Source: Steroidobacteraceae bacterium (GTDB lineage: Bacteria; Pseudomonadota; Gammaproteobacteria; Steroidobacterales; Steroidobacteraceae). Taken from it: 64,000 bases of DNA. The stretch covers positions 11,132 through 75,131 of the forward strand of contig DATMOK010000027.1 of assembly GCA_035568235.1 (NCBI GenBank), written 5' to 3'. The translations under genes and the position numbers were made by a program. Below are positions 26,918 through 36,134 of this stretch, one piece after another; the first letter of the stretch is position 1, and each line of letters opens with the position of its first letter. The notes below the pieces were generated by a model. The model worked only from the letters and a program-made list of their open reading frames with translations, did not search any database and was not told where the DNA came from.

Positions 26918-27661
26918 TCAACGCATGCCCTGCACGTAGGAAGCGACGTCGCGGATCTCCTCGGGGCTGAGGCGCTTTGCCAGCGTGAGCATCATCACGC
27001 CGTTGCGGCTCGCCTGCTCGGGGTGCGGGCCCGGATAGCGGGCGCCGCTCGCATAATCGTTGAGCTGCTTCACCACGTAGACCGACTGCTGGGCTCGCAG
27101 CGCCGGGTAACCGGCGGCGAGATTGCCGCGTCCAACTGGGCCATGGCAGGCGACGCACGCCGGCACGCTGTGTGCGCTGTCGCCACTGAGGTAGAGCGCC
27201 TCGCCCGCCTTCCAGTAGGAGGGATCGGCTTCCAGCCCGGTGGGCGTCTGCGCCTCGTAGTAGACGGCGAGATCGCTGATGTCCTGGTCGCTCAGAGCCG
27301 CGGCGAGTGGCTTCATGATGGGGTTGTCGCGCGCGCCGGATTTGAACAGCCGCAGCTGCTCGGCGATGTACACCGCGCTCTGACCCGCGAGCCGCGGCCA
27401 TTCGGGATTGGTGCTGTTGCCCTGCGGGCCGTGGCAGGAGGAGCACAGCGCCGCCTTGCCCTCACCGCTGGCCGCTTTGCCGGTCGTGAACGGTGAGGTT
27501 GCGGCGGGCGCGCTCGCCGGTGTGGCTGCGGCGGCGGCCACCGGGGGAGCAGCGGCCGCAGCCGCGCCACCCGCGGCGGGGGGCGTCTGGGCGACAGCTC
27601 CGGCATGTGCCATGACGAAGGCGGCGGCAGTGACTGCGATCCAACTCAGGCTCTCGCGCAT
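26918..27661 (-). CDS. Dihaem cytochrome c4
   Basis: It has a signal peptide and two haem motifs (CSSCHG and CVACHG). It is divergent from engB, as in other gammaproteobacteria. Confidence 0.9.
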   Translation of the reverse strand: MRESLSWIAVTAAAFVMAHAGAVAQTPPAAGGAAAAAAPPVAAAAATPASAPAATSPFTTGKAASGEGKAALCSSCHGPQGNSTNPEWPRLAGQSAVYIAEQLRLFKSGARDNPIMKPLAAALSDQDISDLAVYYEAQTPTGLEADPSYWKAGEALYLSGDSAHSVPACVACHGPVGRGNLAAGYPALRAQQSVYVVKQLNDYASGARYPGPHPEQASRNGVMMLTLAKRLSPEEIRDVASYVQGMR

Positions 27662-27762
27662 TGTTCTCTTTCCGGGTGCGACGTCCGCGATCCGAGGGCG
27701 GCGAATTGTACACTACGGCCACGCTGGGGCTTTCTGTCCCTCGAAGTGATTGTCCCCTGAAA

Positions 27763-28338
27763 ATGAGCCGTTTTCAGCAGGCCCGCTTTCTCATCAGTGC
27801 CGCTGCGCCCGCGCAGTTTCCGGCCGATAGCGGCGCGGAGGTCGCCTTTGCCGGTCGCTCGAACGCCGGCAAGTCGAGCGCCATCAATGCCATCGTCAAG
27901 CGGCACGGCCTGGCGCGCACCAGCAAGCTCCCCGGTCGCACCCGGTTGCTCAATTTTTTCGAGCTCGCGCCGGGAAAACGCCTGGTGGATCTGCCGGGCT
28001 ATGGCTATGCGAGCGCCCCGGAGTCGGAGCGCCTCACGTGGCAGCCGCTCATCGATGCGCTCAAGGCGCGCCAATGCCTGCGCGGGCTGTTCCTGATCGT
28101 CGACGTACGGCGCGGCGTGACCGCGGGCGATGCGGGACTCATCGAGTGGCTCGATCCCGCGCAGCGCGTGCACGTGCTCCTCTCCAAGGCCGACAAGCTC
28201 GGCCGTGGCGAGGGGCTGCGGACGCTGCGCGCGGCGAGCGCGCAGCTTGAGGGGCGCGCGACCGTGCAGCTGTTCTCGGCGCTCAATGGAGCCGGAGTGC
28301 CCGAGGCCCAGGATGTCCTGGTGGGCTGGCTGGCGTAG
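27763..28338 (+). CDS. engB: Ribosome-biogenesis GTPase YihA/EngB
   Basis: I chose the ATG at 27763. The G1 motif is GRSNAGKSS, a DLPGYGYA region follows, and the G4 motif is SKADK. Confidence 0.9.
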   Translation: MSRFQQARFLISAAAPAQFPADSGAEVAFAGRSNAGKSSAINAIVKRHGLARTSKLPGRTRLLNFFELAPGKRLVDLPGYGYASAPESERLTWQPLIDALKARQCLRGLFLIVDVRRGVTAGDAGLIEWLDPAQRVHVLLSKADKLGRGEGLRTLRAASAQLEGRATVQLFSALNGAGVPEAQDVLVGWLA

Positions 28339-28344
28339 GGCGGA

Positions 28345-28517
28345 ATTAAAAGACCCCGGCGGTCTCTTGCGAGGCCGCCGGGGCAGACTAACCCGGCACA
28401 GGTCTCAATGAACCGGGTCGTACCCGCTCAGGGAGGGAAGCGGGGAGTCACTAGGGACTCGCTGAATTAGATGAGGACGCTCCGTGCGAGTTCCAGTCCG
28501 GTCCTCAAAAAATAGCT
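28345..28517 (-). ncRNA. Candidate small RNA (or structured 3' UTR) ending in an intrinsic terminator
   Basis: On the minus strand there are four consecutive hairpins. The last is CCCCGGCGG-12 nt-CCGCCGGGG followed by UCUUUUAAUU. One hairpin loop reads UCCCUCCCUG. A possible promoter, GATACA-16 nt-TATGAT, lies at 28524-28551. The region is non-coding and clearly less GC-rich than its surroundings. Confidence 0.3.
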
Positions 28518-28612
28518 TTTCAAATCATAACTTTGCTTAAGCGTTTGTATCATCGGCGCCACAAAAAGCGTCAGCTGCGACGGAGCCTTTATCTCGGACC
28601 GGGCCTAAGGAT

Positions 28613-29164
28613 CTAGAAGAGATTGAGGAAGACGCTGAGCGAAACGACGTTGGCGCCACTGGTATTGCGGATGCTGAAGCTCTCGTACTCGAGGCGCCCT
28701 CCGAGGTTGCCAAAATGCGCCTGGCCGCCCACGCCCCAGGCGAACTGCGAGCCGTTGTCCGACAGCCGGCTGAAGCTGCACAGGTCGCCGAGGCAGCCGG
28801 CGGTTCCCGAGAGAGTCCAGTAGGCGACGCCCGCCTTGCCGAAGACGTCGACCCAGGGGACAGGGATCGGCAGGTAGCCGACCGCGTAGCCGGCGTAGGC
28901 CTTGTAATGGAGATCCGCGCCGCTGGTGGGAGTCGAAACGCTCTGGCTACCAAGGTCGATGTAGTCCGCCTCCACGGCAAACACGCTCACCGGACGAATG
29001 CCGGCCCAAACCTTGAAGTTGGTGCTGTTGAGGTTTGAGTTGGTCGGCGAGATGTCCCGCAGGTCGTCGTTGCTGAGGCCGGCACCGACATAGAGCATGC
29101 CGTTGTCGGCCTGGGCGACGCCTGCACCGAGCACGAGCGCGAACGCGAGCAGGAGTTTGCGCAC
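28613..29164 (-). CDS. Small outer-membrane beta-barrel protein (OMP_b-brl/OmpA-N-like), paralogue 1
   Basis: The signal peptide is MRKLLLAFALVLGAGVAQA. The body has about 8 predicted strands and the C-terminus ends ...LSVFLNLF. The GTG start is preceded by AAGGA. Confidence 0.75.
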   Translation of the reverse strand: MRKLLLAFALVLGAGVAQADNGMLYVGAGLSNDDLRDISPTNSNLNSTNFKVWAGIRPVSVFAVEADYIDLGSQSVSTPTSGADLHYKAYAGYAVGYLPIPVPWVDVFGKAGVAYWTLSGTAGCLGDLCSFSRLSDNGSQFAWGVGGQAHFGNLGGRLEYESFSIRNTSGANVVSLSVFLNLF

Positions 29165-29184
29165 GGCGGTCCTTTCGATCGACG

Positions 29185-29748
29185 TTAGAACAGGTTGAGG
29201 AAGACGCTCAGCGAGACCAGGTTCGCGCCGCCGGTGTTGCGAATGCTGAAGTTCTCGTACTCGAGCCGCCCGCCGAAGTTGCCGACGTGCACCTGGCCGC
29301 CAACGCCCCAGGCGAACTGAGTGCCGTTGTCGGATAGAGAGAAAAGGCCAGCGGGCGTAGAGCTGAAGGTACTGCCGCTCGATGTCCAGCGCGCGAGCCC
29401 GACCTTGCCGAAGACGTCGAGATAGGGAACCGGGATCGGCACATAGCCGACCGCATAGCCGGCGAAGGACTTGTAGCTGATGTGCGTGGTGACCGGGCCC
29501 TGACCCGGAACCAGGGTATTTACGTCCTGGCTGCCGAGATCCATGTAATCGGCTTCGACCGCGAACAGGCTGATCGGGCGAAAGCCCGCCCAGACCTTCC
29601 AGTTGGTGCTGTTGAGGTTGGAGTTAGTCGCGGCGATGTCGCGCAGGTTGTCGTTGGTCAGGCCCGCTCCCACATAGAGCATGCCGTTGTCGGCCTGGGC
29701 GGCGCCCGCGCCGAGCGCAAGCACGATGACGAGCAGAAGTTTTCGCAT
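29185..29748 (-). CDS. Small outer-membrane beta-barrel protein, paralogue 2
   Basis: It aligns with paralogue 1 along its whole length, with the same N-terminal DNGMLYVGAGL and the same C-terminal LSVFLNLF. It lies 20 nt upstream of paralogue 1. Confidence 0.75.
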   Translation of the reverse strand: MRKLLLVIVLALGAGAAQADNGMLYVGAGLTNDNLRDIAATNSNLNSTNWKVWAGFRPISLFAVEADYMDLGSQDVNTLVPGQGPVTTHISYKSFAGYAVGYVPIPVPYLDVFGKVGLARWTSSGSTFSSTPAGLFSLSDNGTQFAWGVGGQVHVGNFGGRLEYENFSIRNTGGANLVSLSVFLNLF

Positions 29749-29877
29749 GAGATCCTCGCTTGAGTGTTCCGGTCAGAATGCATCCCTAACATACTTGCCG
29801 CGATTGGGTTGACATGTTGCCCACGGGCGACAACGCCGTGTTGCGGATCGTCGATGTCCGCCCTTGCGTTACGCGGT

Positions 29878-32652
29878 TCAGTGCGCTTCGTCCCAGTTGG
29901 CTCCCGTGCCGACGTCGACCTTGAGCGGCACGCTTAAGCTGGCGGCGTTCACCATGCGCTCGCGCACCGCCTGCGTCACTTCCGCGATCGCCTCCGAGTG
30001 CACCTCGAGCACCAGCTCATCGTGCACCTGCATGACGAGCCGCGCCGGTGAGCCGGGGCGGCGGCACCAGGCGTCCACCTCGATCATGGCGCGCTTGATG
30101 ATGTCGGCCGCGGTGCCCTGCATGGGAGCGTTGATGGCGCTGCGCTCGGCGTACTGGCGCATCTGCGCGTTGCCCGAGCGGATATCGGGCAGATAGAGGC
30201 GCCGCCCGAATACCGTCTCGACATAGCCGAGCGCCCGCGCCTTGACGCGCGTCTCGTCCATGAAGCGCCTGCTTCCCGGGTAGCGCTGGAAGTAGCGCTC
30301 GACGTAGCGCTGGGCGGCGCTGCGCTCGATGCCCAGGTTTCGCGCCAGGCCGAAGGGCGACATGCCGTAGATCAGCCCGAAGTTGATCACCTTGGCGGTG
30401 CGGCGCTGGTCCGGCGTGACCGCATCGGGCGCGACCTCGAAAACCTCTGCGGCAGTCGCCTGGTGTACGTCGCGATCTTCGGCAAATGCGGCCTGCAGGC
30501 TCTCATCCCCCGAGAGGTGCGCCATGATGCGCAGCTCGATCTGCGAGTAGTCGGCCGCCAGCAGCACGCAGCCCGGCGGGGCGATGAACGCCTGGCGGAT
30601 GCGCCGGCCTTCCGGGCGCCGCACCGGGATGTTCTGCAGGTTCGGATCGAGCGAGGACAGTCGCCCGGTCGCGGCGACCGCCTGCGCGTAGTTGGTGTGG
30701 ATGCGTCCCGTGCGCTCGTTCACCTGCTCGGGCAGCTTGTCGGTGTAGGTGGACTTGAGCTTGGCGAGCCCGCGGTACTCGAGCACCAGGCGCGGCAGCG
30801 GGAAGCTCTCGGCCAGCTCCTCGAGCACGTCCTCGGCGGTTGAGGGCTGGCCGGTCGGAGTCTTGCGCCGCACCGGCAGCTGCAGTCTCTCGAACAGGAT
30901 CTGCTGCAGCTGCCGCGGCGACTCGATATTGAACTCGTGGCCCGCCTCGCGGTGCGCCTTGAGGAGCAGCTCCTGCAGCTCGCGCGCGAACTCGCGGCTC
31001 TGCGCACGCAGCTGCTCGCGGTCAACCAGCACGCCGTGATGCTCCATGGCGAGCAGCACGGGAATCAGAGGTCGCTCGCAGTCCTCATACAGGCGCGCCA
31101 GCGCCGGCACCGACTGAAGCTGCGGCCATAGCGTGCGGTGCAGCCGCAGGGTCACGTCCGCGTCCTCGGCCGAGTACTCGGTGGCCTTGTCGACCGGCAC
31201 CTGGTCGAAGGACAGCTGCTTCGCCCCCTTGCCGGCGACGTCCTCGAACTTGATGGTTTCGATGCCCAGGTAGCGCCGCGCATCCGAATCCATGTCGTGG
31301 TTGGTGGCGACGCTGTTCCACACGTAGGACTCGAGCATGCTGTCGAAGCGCATGCCGGCGAGTGTGATGCCGGCATTGAGCAGCACGTGCGCGTCGTACT
31401 TGAGGTTGTGCCCCACCTTGCCGTGCCGCTCGCTCTCGAGCAGCGGCTTGAGCGCCGCCAGCACCCGCGCGTGGTCCAGCTGGTCAGGCGCGCCCGGGTA
31501 GACGTGCGCCAGCGGCACGTATGCCGCATGGCCGGGCTCGAGCGCGAAGGACACCCCGACGATCTCGGCGCGCATGTAGTCGAGGCTCGTGGTCTCGGTG
31601 TCGAAGGCAAAGAGGTCCGCCGCCTCGAGCGCCTTCAGCCAGCGCTCGAAATCCTCCCAGCGCGTGAGCGTCTCGTAGTGGCGCTCGAGCGGCAAGACAG
31701 ATGCTGTGGTCGCCGGCGCGCCAGGCGGCTGCGCGGACGTGGCGCCTTGCGGCGCGGCGGCCGTGCCGGGTGCGGCTGCCTCCGCGGCGGCGCTCTCCCC
31801 ACCCTCGAGCTGGCGCTGCAGAGCGCGCAGCTCGAAGCGCGCGTACAGCTCGCGCAGCTTCTCTCTGTCCGGCGCGCCCGGCGTCAGCTCCTCGATCGAC
31901 ATCGGCAGCTCGAGATCGGTGCGGATGGTCGCGAGCCGGCGTGACAGCTCGAGCGTAGTGAGGCCGGCGCGCAGATTCTCGCCCACCTTGCCCGGCACCT
32001 CTGCGACGCGCTCGATCAGCCGGTCGAGGTCGCCGAACTGCTGCAGCAGCTTCGCGCCGGTCTTTGGACCCACCTTGTCGATGCCCGGGATGTTGTCGGA
32101 GCTGTCACCGATGAGGGCCAGATAGTCGATGATCTGCTCGGGGAAGACGTCGAACTTGAGCTTCACGCCGTCGCGGTCCAGCACCGTGTTGGTCATCGTG
32201 TTGATGAGCGTGATCGAACCGTCGACCAGCTGCGCCATGTCTTTGTCGCCGGTCGAGATCAGCACCCGCTGTCCGGCCTGCGCCGCGCGCCGCGCCAGCG
32301 TGCCGATGACATCGTCCGCCTCGACGCCCGGCACACGCAGCAGCGGCAGTCCCTGCGCCGCGATGATCTCGAGGAGCGGCGCCACCTGCGAACGCAGGTC
32401 ATCCGGCATCGCCGGGCGCTGCGCCTTGTACTCGGCGAACAGCTCGTCGCGGAAGGTGCGGCCGGGGGCATCGAACACCACGGCGATGCGCTGTGGGCGG
32501 AAGTCCTTGAGGAACTTCTGCAGCATGTTGAGCACCCCGAGCACGGCCCCGGTCGGCTCGCCGCGCGAGCTGGTGAGCGGCGGCAGGGCGTGGAACGCCC
32601 GATAGACATAAGAAGAGGCGTCGACGAGGACCAGGTCGGGGGAGGGCGTCAT
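29878..32652 (-). CDS. polA: DNA polymerase I
   Basis: The ATG at 32652 gives a 5'-3' exonuclease N-terminus (LVDASSYVYRAFHA). The 3'-5' exonuclease (FAFDTETTSLD) and polymerase motifs (DYSQIELRIMAH, QVHDELV) are present. Confidence 0.95.
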   Translation of the reverse strand: MTPSPDLVLVDASSYVYRAFHALPPLTSSRGEPTGAVLGVLNMLQKFLKDFRPQRIAVVFDAPGRTFRDELFAEYKAQRPAMPDDLRSQVAPLLEIIAAQGLPLLRVPGVEADDVIGTLARRAAQAGQRVLISTGDKDMAQLVDGSITLINTMTNTVLDRDGVKLKFDVFPEQIIDYLALIGDSSDNIPGIDKVGPKTGAKLLQQFGDLDRLIERVAEVPGKVGENLRAGLTTLELSRRLATIRTDLELPMSIEELTPGAPDREKLRELYARFELRALQRQLEGGESAAAEAAAPGTAAAPQGATSAQPPGAPATTASVLPLERHYETLTRWEDFERWLKALEAADLFAFDTETTSLDYMRAEIVGVSFALEPGHAAYVPLAHVYPGAPDQLDHARVLAALKPLLESERHGKVGHNLKYDAHVLLNAGITLAGMRFDSMLESYVWNSVATNHDMDSDARRYLGIETIKFEDVAGKGAKQLSFDQVPVDKATEYSAEDADVTLRLHRTLWPQLQSVPALARLYEDCERPLIPVLLAMEHHGVLVDREQLRAQSREFARELQELLLKAHREAGHEFNIESPRQLQQILFERLQLPVRRKTPTGQPSTAEDVLEELAESFPLPRLVLEYRGLAKLKSTYTDKLPEQVNERTGRIHTNYAQAVAATGRLSSLDPNLQNIPVRRPEGRRIRQAFIAPPGCVLLAADYSQIELRIMAHLSGDESLQAAFAEDRDVHQATAAEVFEVAPDAVTPDQRRTAKVINFGLIYGMSPFGLARNLGIERSAAQRYVERYFQRYPGSRRFMDETRVKARALGYVETVFGRRLYLPDIRSGNAQMRQYAERSAINAPMQGTAADIIKRAMIEVDAWCRRPGSPARLVMQVHDELVLEVHSEAIAEVTQAVRERMVNAASLSVPLKVDVGTGANWDEAH

Positions 32653-32759
32653 GAAAGGATGAGCCTTTTGGCGGGCCGGGAGTATAACGGACGGGCCCCG
32701 GTCACAGTCCCGCAAGGTCCGTCAACCGCCCGCCGGGCTGGCGCGCTATACAGCCTGGG

Positions 32760-34139
32760 ATGCAGCAGCTCGGCTCAACCATTGCGGCCAATCGCTTCGG
32801 GCTCGGTGCCCGACCGGGCGACCTCGCTGCAATCGGCGGCGACGGCCGCGACTGGCTGCGCACGCAACTTACCGCAGCGGCGCCGGTGCTCACCGATGAG
32901 GGCCTGCAGGGCTCGACCGAGATCCTCGCGCAGGGCTTCGCCCTGCAGCGGGAGATTCAGCAGCAGCGGCGCGCGGGCGCCGACGTGCAGCAGAAGCTGC
33001 CGCAATTCCTCAAGCCCATCTATACGAGCGAGGCCACGGCGCGCGTCCGGCAGGCGGTGCTCACCGAGCGCCCGTTCGTCGAGCGCCTGACGCAGTTCTG
33101 GAGCAATCACTTCGCGGTGTCGGTTGACAAGCAGTACATGGCCGGCCTCGCCGGAAGTTTCGAGCGCGAAGCGATCCGCCCGCACGTGCTCGGCAACTTC
33201 GGCGACCTGCTGGTGGCCGCCGAGATGCACCCGGCGATGCTGCTTTATCTCGACAACCATCTGTCGGTCGGCCCGCACTCGGAGGCGGCGCTCAAGGCGG
33301 GACTGCACCAGCGCGGGCGCCCGATCGGGATCAACGAGAATCTCGGGCGCGAGATCCTCGAGCTGCACACCTTAGGGGTCGGTGGCGGCTACACCCAGGC
33401 CGACGTCACCGCGTTTGCCACGGTGATCACCGGCTGGTCGCTCGGCGGCGGCAACGGCCTGTTCGCCAACGGCCCGCCGGGACGTTTCGTGTTCCGTCCC
33501 GGCATGCACGAGCCCGGGCCCAAGACCGTGCTCGGGCGGCGCTATCCCGACTCGGGCTACAACCAGGGCGTGGAAGTGCTGAACGATCTGGCGCAGCACC
33601 CCTCCACCGCACGCCACATCGCCACGAAGCTCGCGCGCCACTTCGTGGCGGACGATCCGCCGCCGACGGTGGTTGACCGAGTGGCACGAGCGTTCACCGA
33701 GTACGGCGGCGAGCTGCGCGCGGTGTACCGCGCGCTGATCGACTCGCGCGAGGCTTGGGAGCAGCAACTGCCGAAGTACAAGACACCGAACGACTTCATC
33801 GTCTCGAGCTACCGCGGCCTGTCGCTGCCGGTCGATGCCGTCCACGGACCACTCGGTCCGTTCGACCTCCTCGGGCAGCGCACCTGGCAGCCGGGCTCGC
33901 CCGCCGGCTGGCCGGATCGCAGCGCCGACTGGGATGGTGCCTCGGCGCTGCTGAAGCGCATCGAATGGGCGGACGCGGTCGGCGGCCGGCTCGGCAGCGC
34001 CCGCGATGCCACCGCACTCGCGCCGCAGCTGTTGGGCGCAAACTTGAGCGATGCGAGTGTGACCGCCATCAGCCGCGCGGCGAGCGCCTCGCAGGCGCTT
34101 ACGCTGCTGCTGGCCGCGCCCGAATTCATGCGCCGCTGA
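32760..34139 (+). CDS. DUF1800 domain protein
   Basis: Family-typical stretches are FWSNHFAVS, ILELHTLGVGGGYTQADV and the C-terminal PEFMRR. It is paired with a DUF1501 gene. Confidence 0.8.
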   Translation: MQQLGSTIAANRFGLGARPGDLAAIGGDGRDWLRTQLTAAAPVLTDEGLQGSTEILAQGFALQREIQQQRRAGADVQQKLPQFLKPIYTSEATARVRQAVLTERPFVERLTQFWSNHFAVSVDKQYMAGLAGSFEREAIRPHVLGNFGDLLVAAEMHPAMLLYLDNHLSVGPHSEAALKAGLHQRGRPIGINENLGREILELHTLGVGGGYTQADVTAFATVITGWSLGGGNGLFANGPPGRFVFRPGMHEPGPKTVLGRRYPDSGYNQGVEVLNDLAQHPSTARHIATKLARHFVADDPPPTVVDRVARAFTEYGGELRAVYRALIDSREAWEQQLPKYKTPNDFIVSSYRGLSLPVDAVHGPLGPFDLLGQRTWQPGSPAGWPDRSADWDGASALLKRIEWADAVGGRLGSARDATALAPQLLGANLSDASVTAISRAASASQALTLLLAAPEFMRR

Positions 34140-34155
34140 CCGCAAGGAGAGCCCC

Positions 34156-35451
34156 GTGCCACGCAATCCGTTCCTCGAGCGCCGCGCATTCCTCAAGCAG
34201 GGCGCACTCGCCGCGGGCGGTGCGTTCCTCACCTCCGGGCTGTGTCTGGCGAGCGCCGCCGCCGGCAGCCGCCGCCGCGCGCGCTTCGTGGTGGTGATCA
34301 TGCGCGGCGCGCTCGACGGGCTGGCGGCGGTGCCGCCGCTCGGCGATCGCGACTACGCGCAGCTGCGCGGCGAGTTCGCGCTGCGGGCGCCGGGTGAGGC
34401 AAAAGGCGCGCTGCCGCTCGATGGCTTCTTTGGTCTGCATCCGGCGCTCAACTTCCTGCACGCCTCCTACGCCGCGCGCGAGCTCATCGTGTTCCACGCG
34501 GTCGCGAGCCCGTATCGCGAGCGCTCGCACTTCGACGGCCAGGACGTGCTGGAGAACGGCACCACGCTGCCGCATGCCGCACAGAGCGGCTGGCTCAACC
34601 GCGCGCTCGCGCAGCTGCCGGGTGCCGCGCGGCGCGAGGCGGGCGTCGCGCTCGGCCAGAACGTGCCGCTCGTGATGCGCGGGCCGGCGGCAGTGACCTC
34701 CTGGTCGCCGTCGAAGCTCACCGCGCTCGATGACGACACGCTTGGCCGCCTCACTGATCTCTATGCGCACGATCCGCTGCTCTCGGTGCGTCTGGCGGAT
34801 GCGCTCGCCGCGGATGCCATGGTCGCTCAGGCGGGTGGCATGAGCACGCCGCCACAGGACATGGCCGCTGCCGGTGCGGCCGGCCAGGGCGTATCGGCCC
34901 AGCCGGGAGCGAAGCCCGCGGCGCAGGGCGGCGCTGATCGCTATGCGCAGATCGTGCGTGCGGCGGCCGGATTCCTGCGCCAGGAGGATGGCCCGCAGGT
35001 CGCGGTGTTCGACACCAGCGGCTGGGACACACACGCCAACGAAGGCGGCGCCGAGGGCCAGCTTGCGGGCCGCCTGACGGCACTCGACAAGGGGCTCGGC
35101 ATGTTGCGCGAGCAGCTCGGGCCGGTGTGGAACGACACCGCGGTGCTGCTCATCACGGAGTTCGGCCGCACTGCCGCCATCAACGGCACGCGCGGCACCG
35201 ATCACGGGACTGCGACCATGGCACTGCTGGTCGGCGGCGCGGTAGCGGGCGGCCGCGTGATCGCCGACTGGCCCGGCCTCGCCTCACGCTCGCTCTACCA
35301 GGGGCGCGATCTCGCCCCGACGCTCGACCTGCGCTCGGTGCTCAAGGGCTTGCTCGCCGAGCACCTGAGCGTTGCCACCCGCTCGCTCGATACAAACGTG
35401 TTTCCCAAGAGCGAGCGTGCCCGTCCGCTGCGGGGGCTCCTCAAGGCTTAA
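34156..35451 (+). CDS. DUF1501 domain protein (Tat-exported, sulfatase/alkaline-phosphatase-like fold)
   Basis: The twin-arginine leader is ERRAFLKQGALAAGGAF. Family motifs are GWDTHANE and TEFGRT...GTDHG. The GTG start is preceded by AAGGAGA. Confidence 0.85.
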   Translation: MPRNPFLERRAFLKQGALAAGGAFLTSGLCLASAAAGSRRRARFVVVIMRGALDGLAAVPPLGDRDYAQLRGEFALRAPGEAKGALPLDGFFGLHPALNFLHASYAARELIVFHAVASPYRERSHFDGQDVLENGTTLPHAAQSGWLNRALAQLPGAARREAGVALGQNVPLVMRGPAAVTSWSPSKLTALDDDTLGRLTDLYAHDPLLSVRLADALAADAMVAQAGGMSTPPQDMAAAGAAGQGVSAQPGAKPAAQGGADRYAQIVRAAAGFLRQEDGPQVAVFDTSGWDTHANEGGAEGQLAGRLTALDKGLGMLREQLGPVWNDTAVLLITEFGRTAAINGTRGTDHGTATMALLVGGAVAGGRVIADWPGLASRSLYQGRDLAPTLDLRSVLKGLLAEHLSVATRSLDTNVFPKSERARPLRGLLKA

Positions 35452-35681
35452 GGCTTGGGCTGTTGGTCCTGATCCTGGTCCTTGTCGCCCGGCTTCGGCG
35501 TTGCGGTGGCGGGCGCTGCCGGCTGCGCCGGCGGTGCAGGCTGCGCCGGTGTTGCCCCCGGCGTGCTGGTCACTACCTTGCCCCCCTTGTCGGGCAGATA
35601 GAGCGGTCCCTTCTGGCCGCAGGCCGTGGCGAGCAGCGCCGCGCCGCCTGCGACCAGCCACACGCGCAGCGCACCTCTCAT
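35448..35681 (-). CDS. lptM: LPS-assembly lipoprotein LptM (YifL family)
   Basis: 77 aa. The lipobox plus family motif reads LLATACGQKGPLYLP, followed by a Pro/Ala-rich tail. Its start overlaps the stop of the upstream gene (ATGA). Confidence 0.7.
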   Translation of the reverse strand: MRGALRVWLVAGGAALLATACGQKGPLYLPDKGGKVVTSTPGATPAQPAPPAQPAAPATATPKPGDKDQDQDQQPKP

Positions 35682-36103
35682 GTGAGGTACATGGCCTGCT
35701 TGTCCCGCAGCGCGATCCAGCCGCGCGCCACGCGGTAGATGATCCAGATGGAGAGCGCGACGTGGCCGGCGATGAACAGCGGGAAGCCGATCAGGATGAG
35801 CATGAGGGGGATCGACACCGCCCATATGACGACGCTCCATAGCGCCGCGTACCAGAAGGTGCGGATCTGCCAGCGGAAGTGCGACTCGAGATAGGTGCCG
35901 TGGGTGGCGTGGCGGCGCGCGTAGTTCATGATCACGGCGATGATCGACGGCAGCCCCCAGATGAAGCTGCCGATGATGGTGTGAAAGGTCGACAGGCCGA
36001 TCAGCACCGACAGCGAGTGCAGCGCGTAGATGATGTTGGTGTAGGTGACGAGGGACGCATCGACCCGCGGGGCGTCGGCGGTCATCGGGCTGCTGTCCGG
36101 CAT
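35678..36103 (-). CDS. Small integral membrane protein (3-4 TM segments; possibly DUF4870/COG3671-like)
   Basis: 141 aa with strongly hydrophobic segments (IIYALHSLSVLIGL, GLPSIIAVIMNY, LWSVVIWAVSIPLMLILIGFPLFIAG). Third-position GC is high. The family assignment is uncertain. Confidence 0.6.
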   Translation of the reverse strand: MPDSSPMTADAPRVDASLVTYTNIIYALHSLSVLIGLSTFHTIIGSFIWGLPSIIAVIMNYARRHATHGTYLESHFRWQIRTFWYAALWSVVIWAVSIPLMLILIGFPLFIAGHVALSIWIIYRVARGWIALRDKQAMYLT

Positions 36104-36134
36104 AACTCACCTCGATAGCGGATCGCGCGAACCG

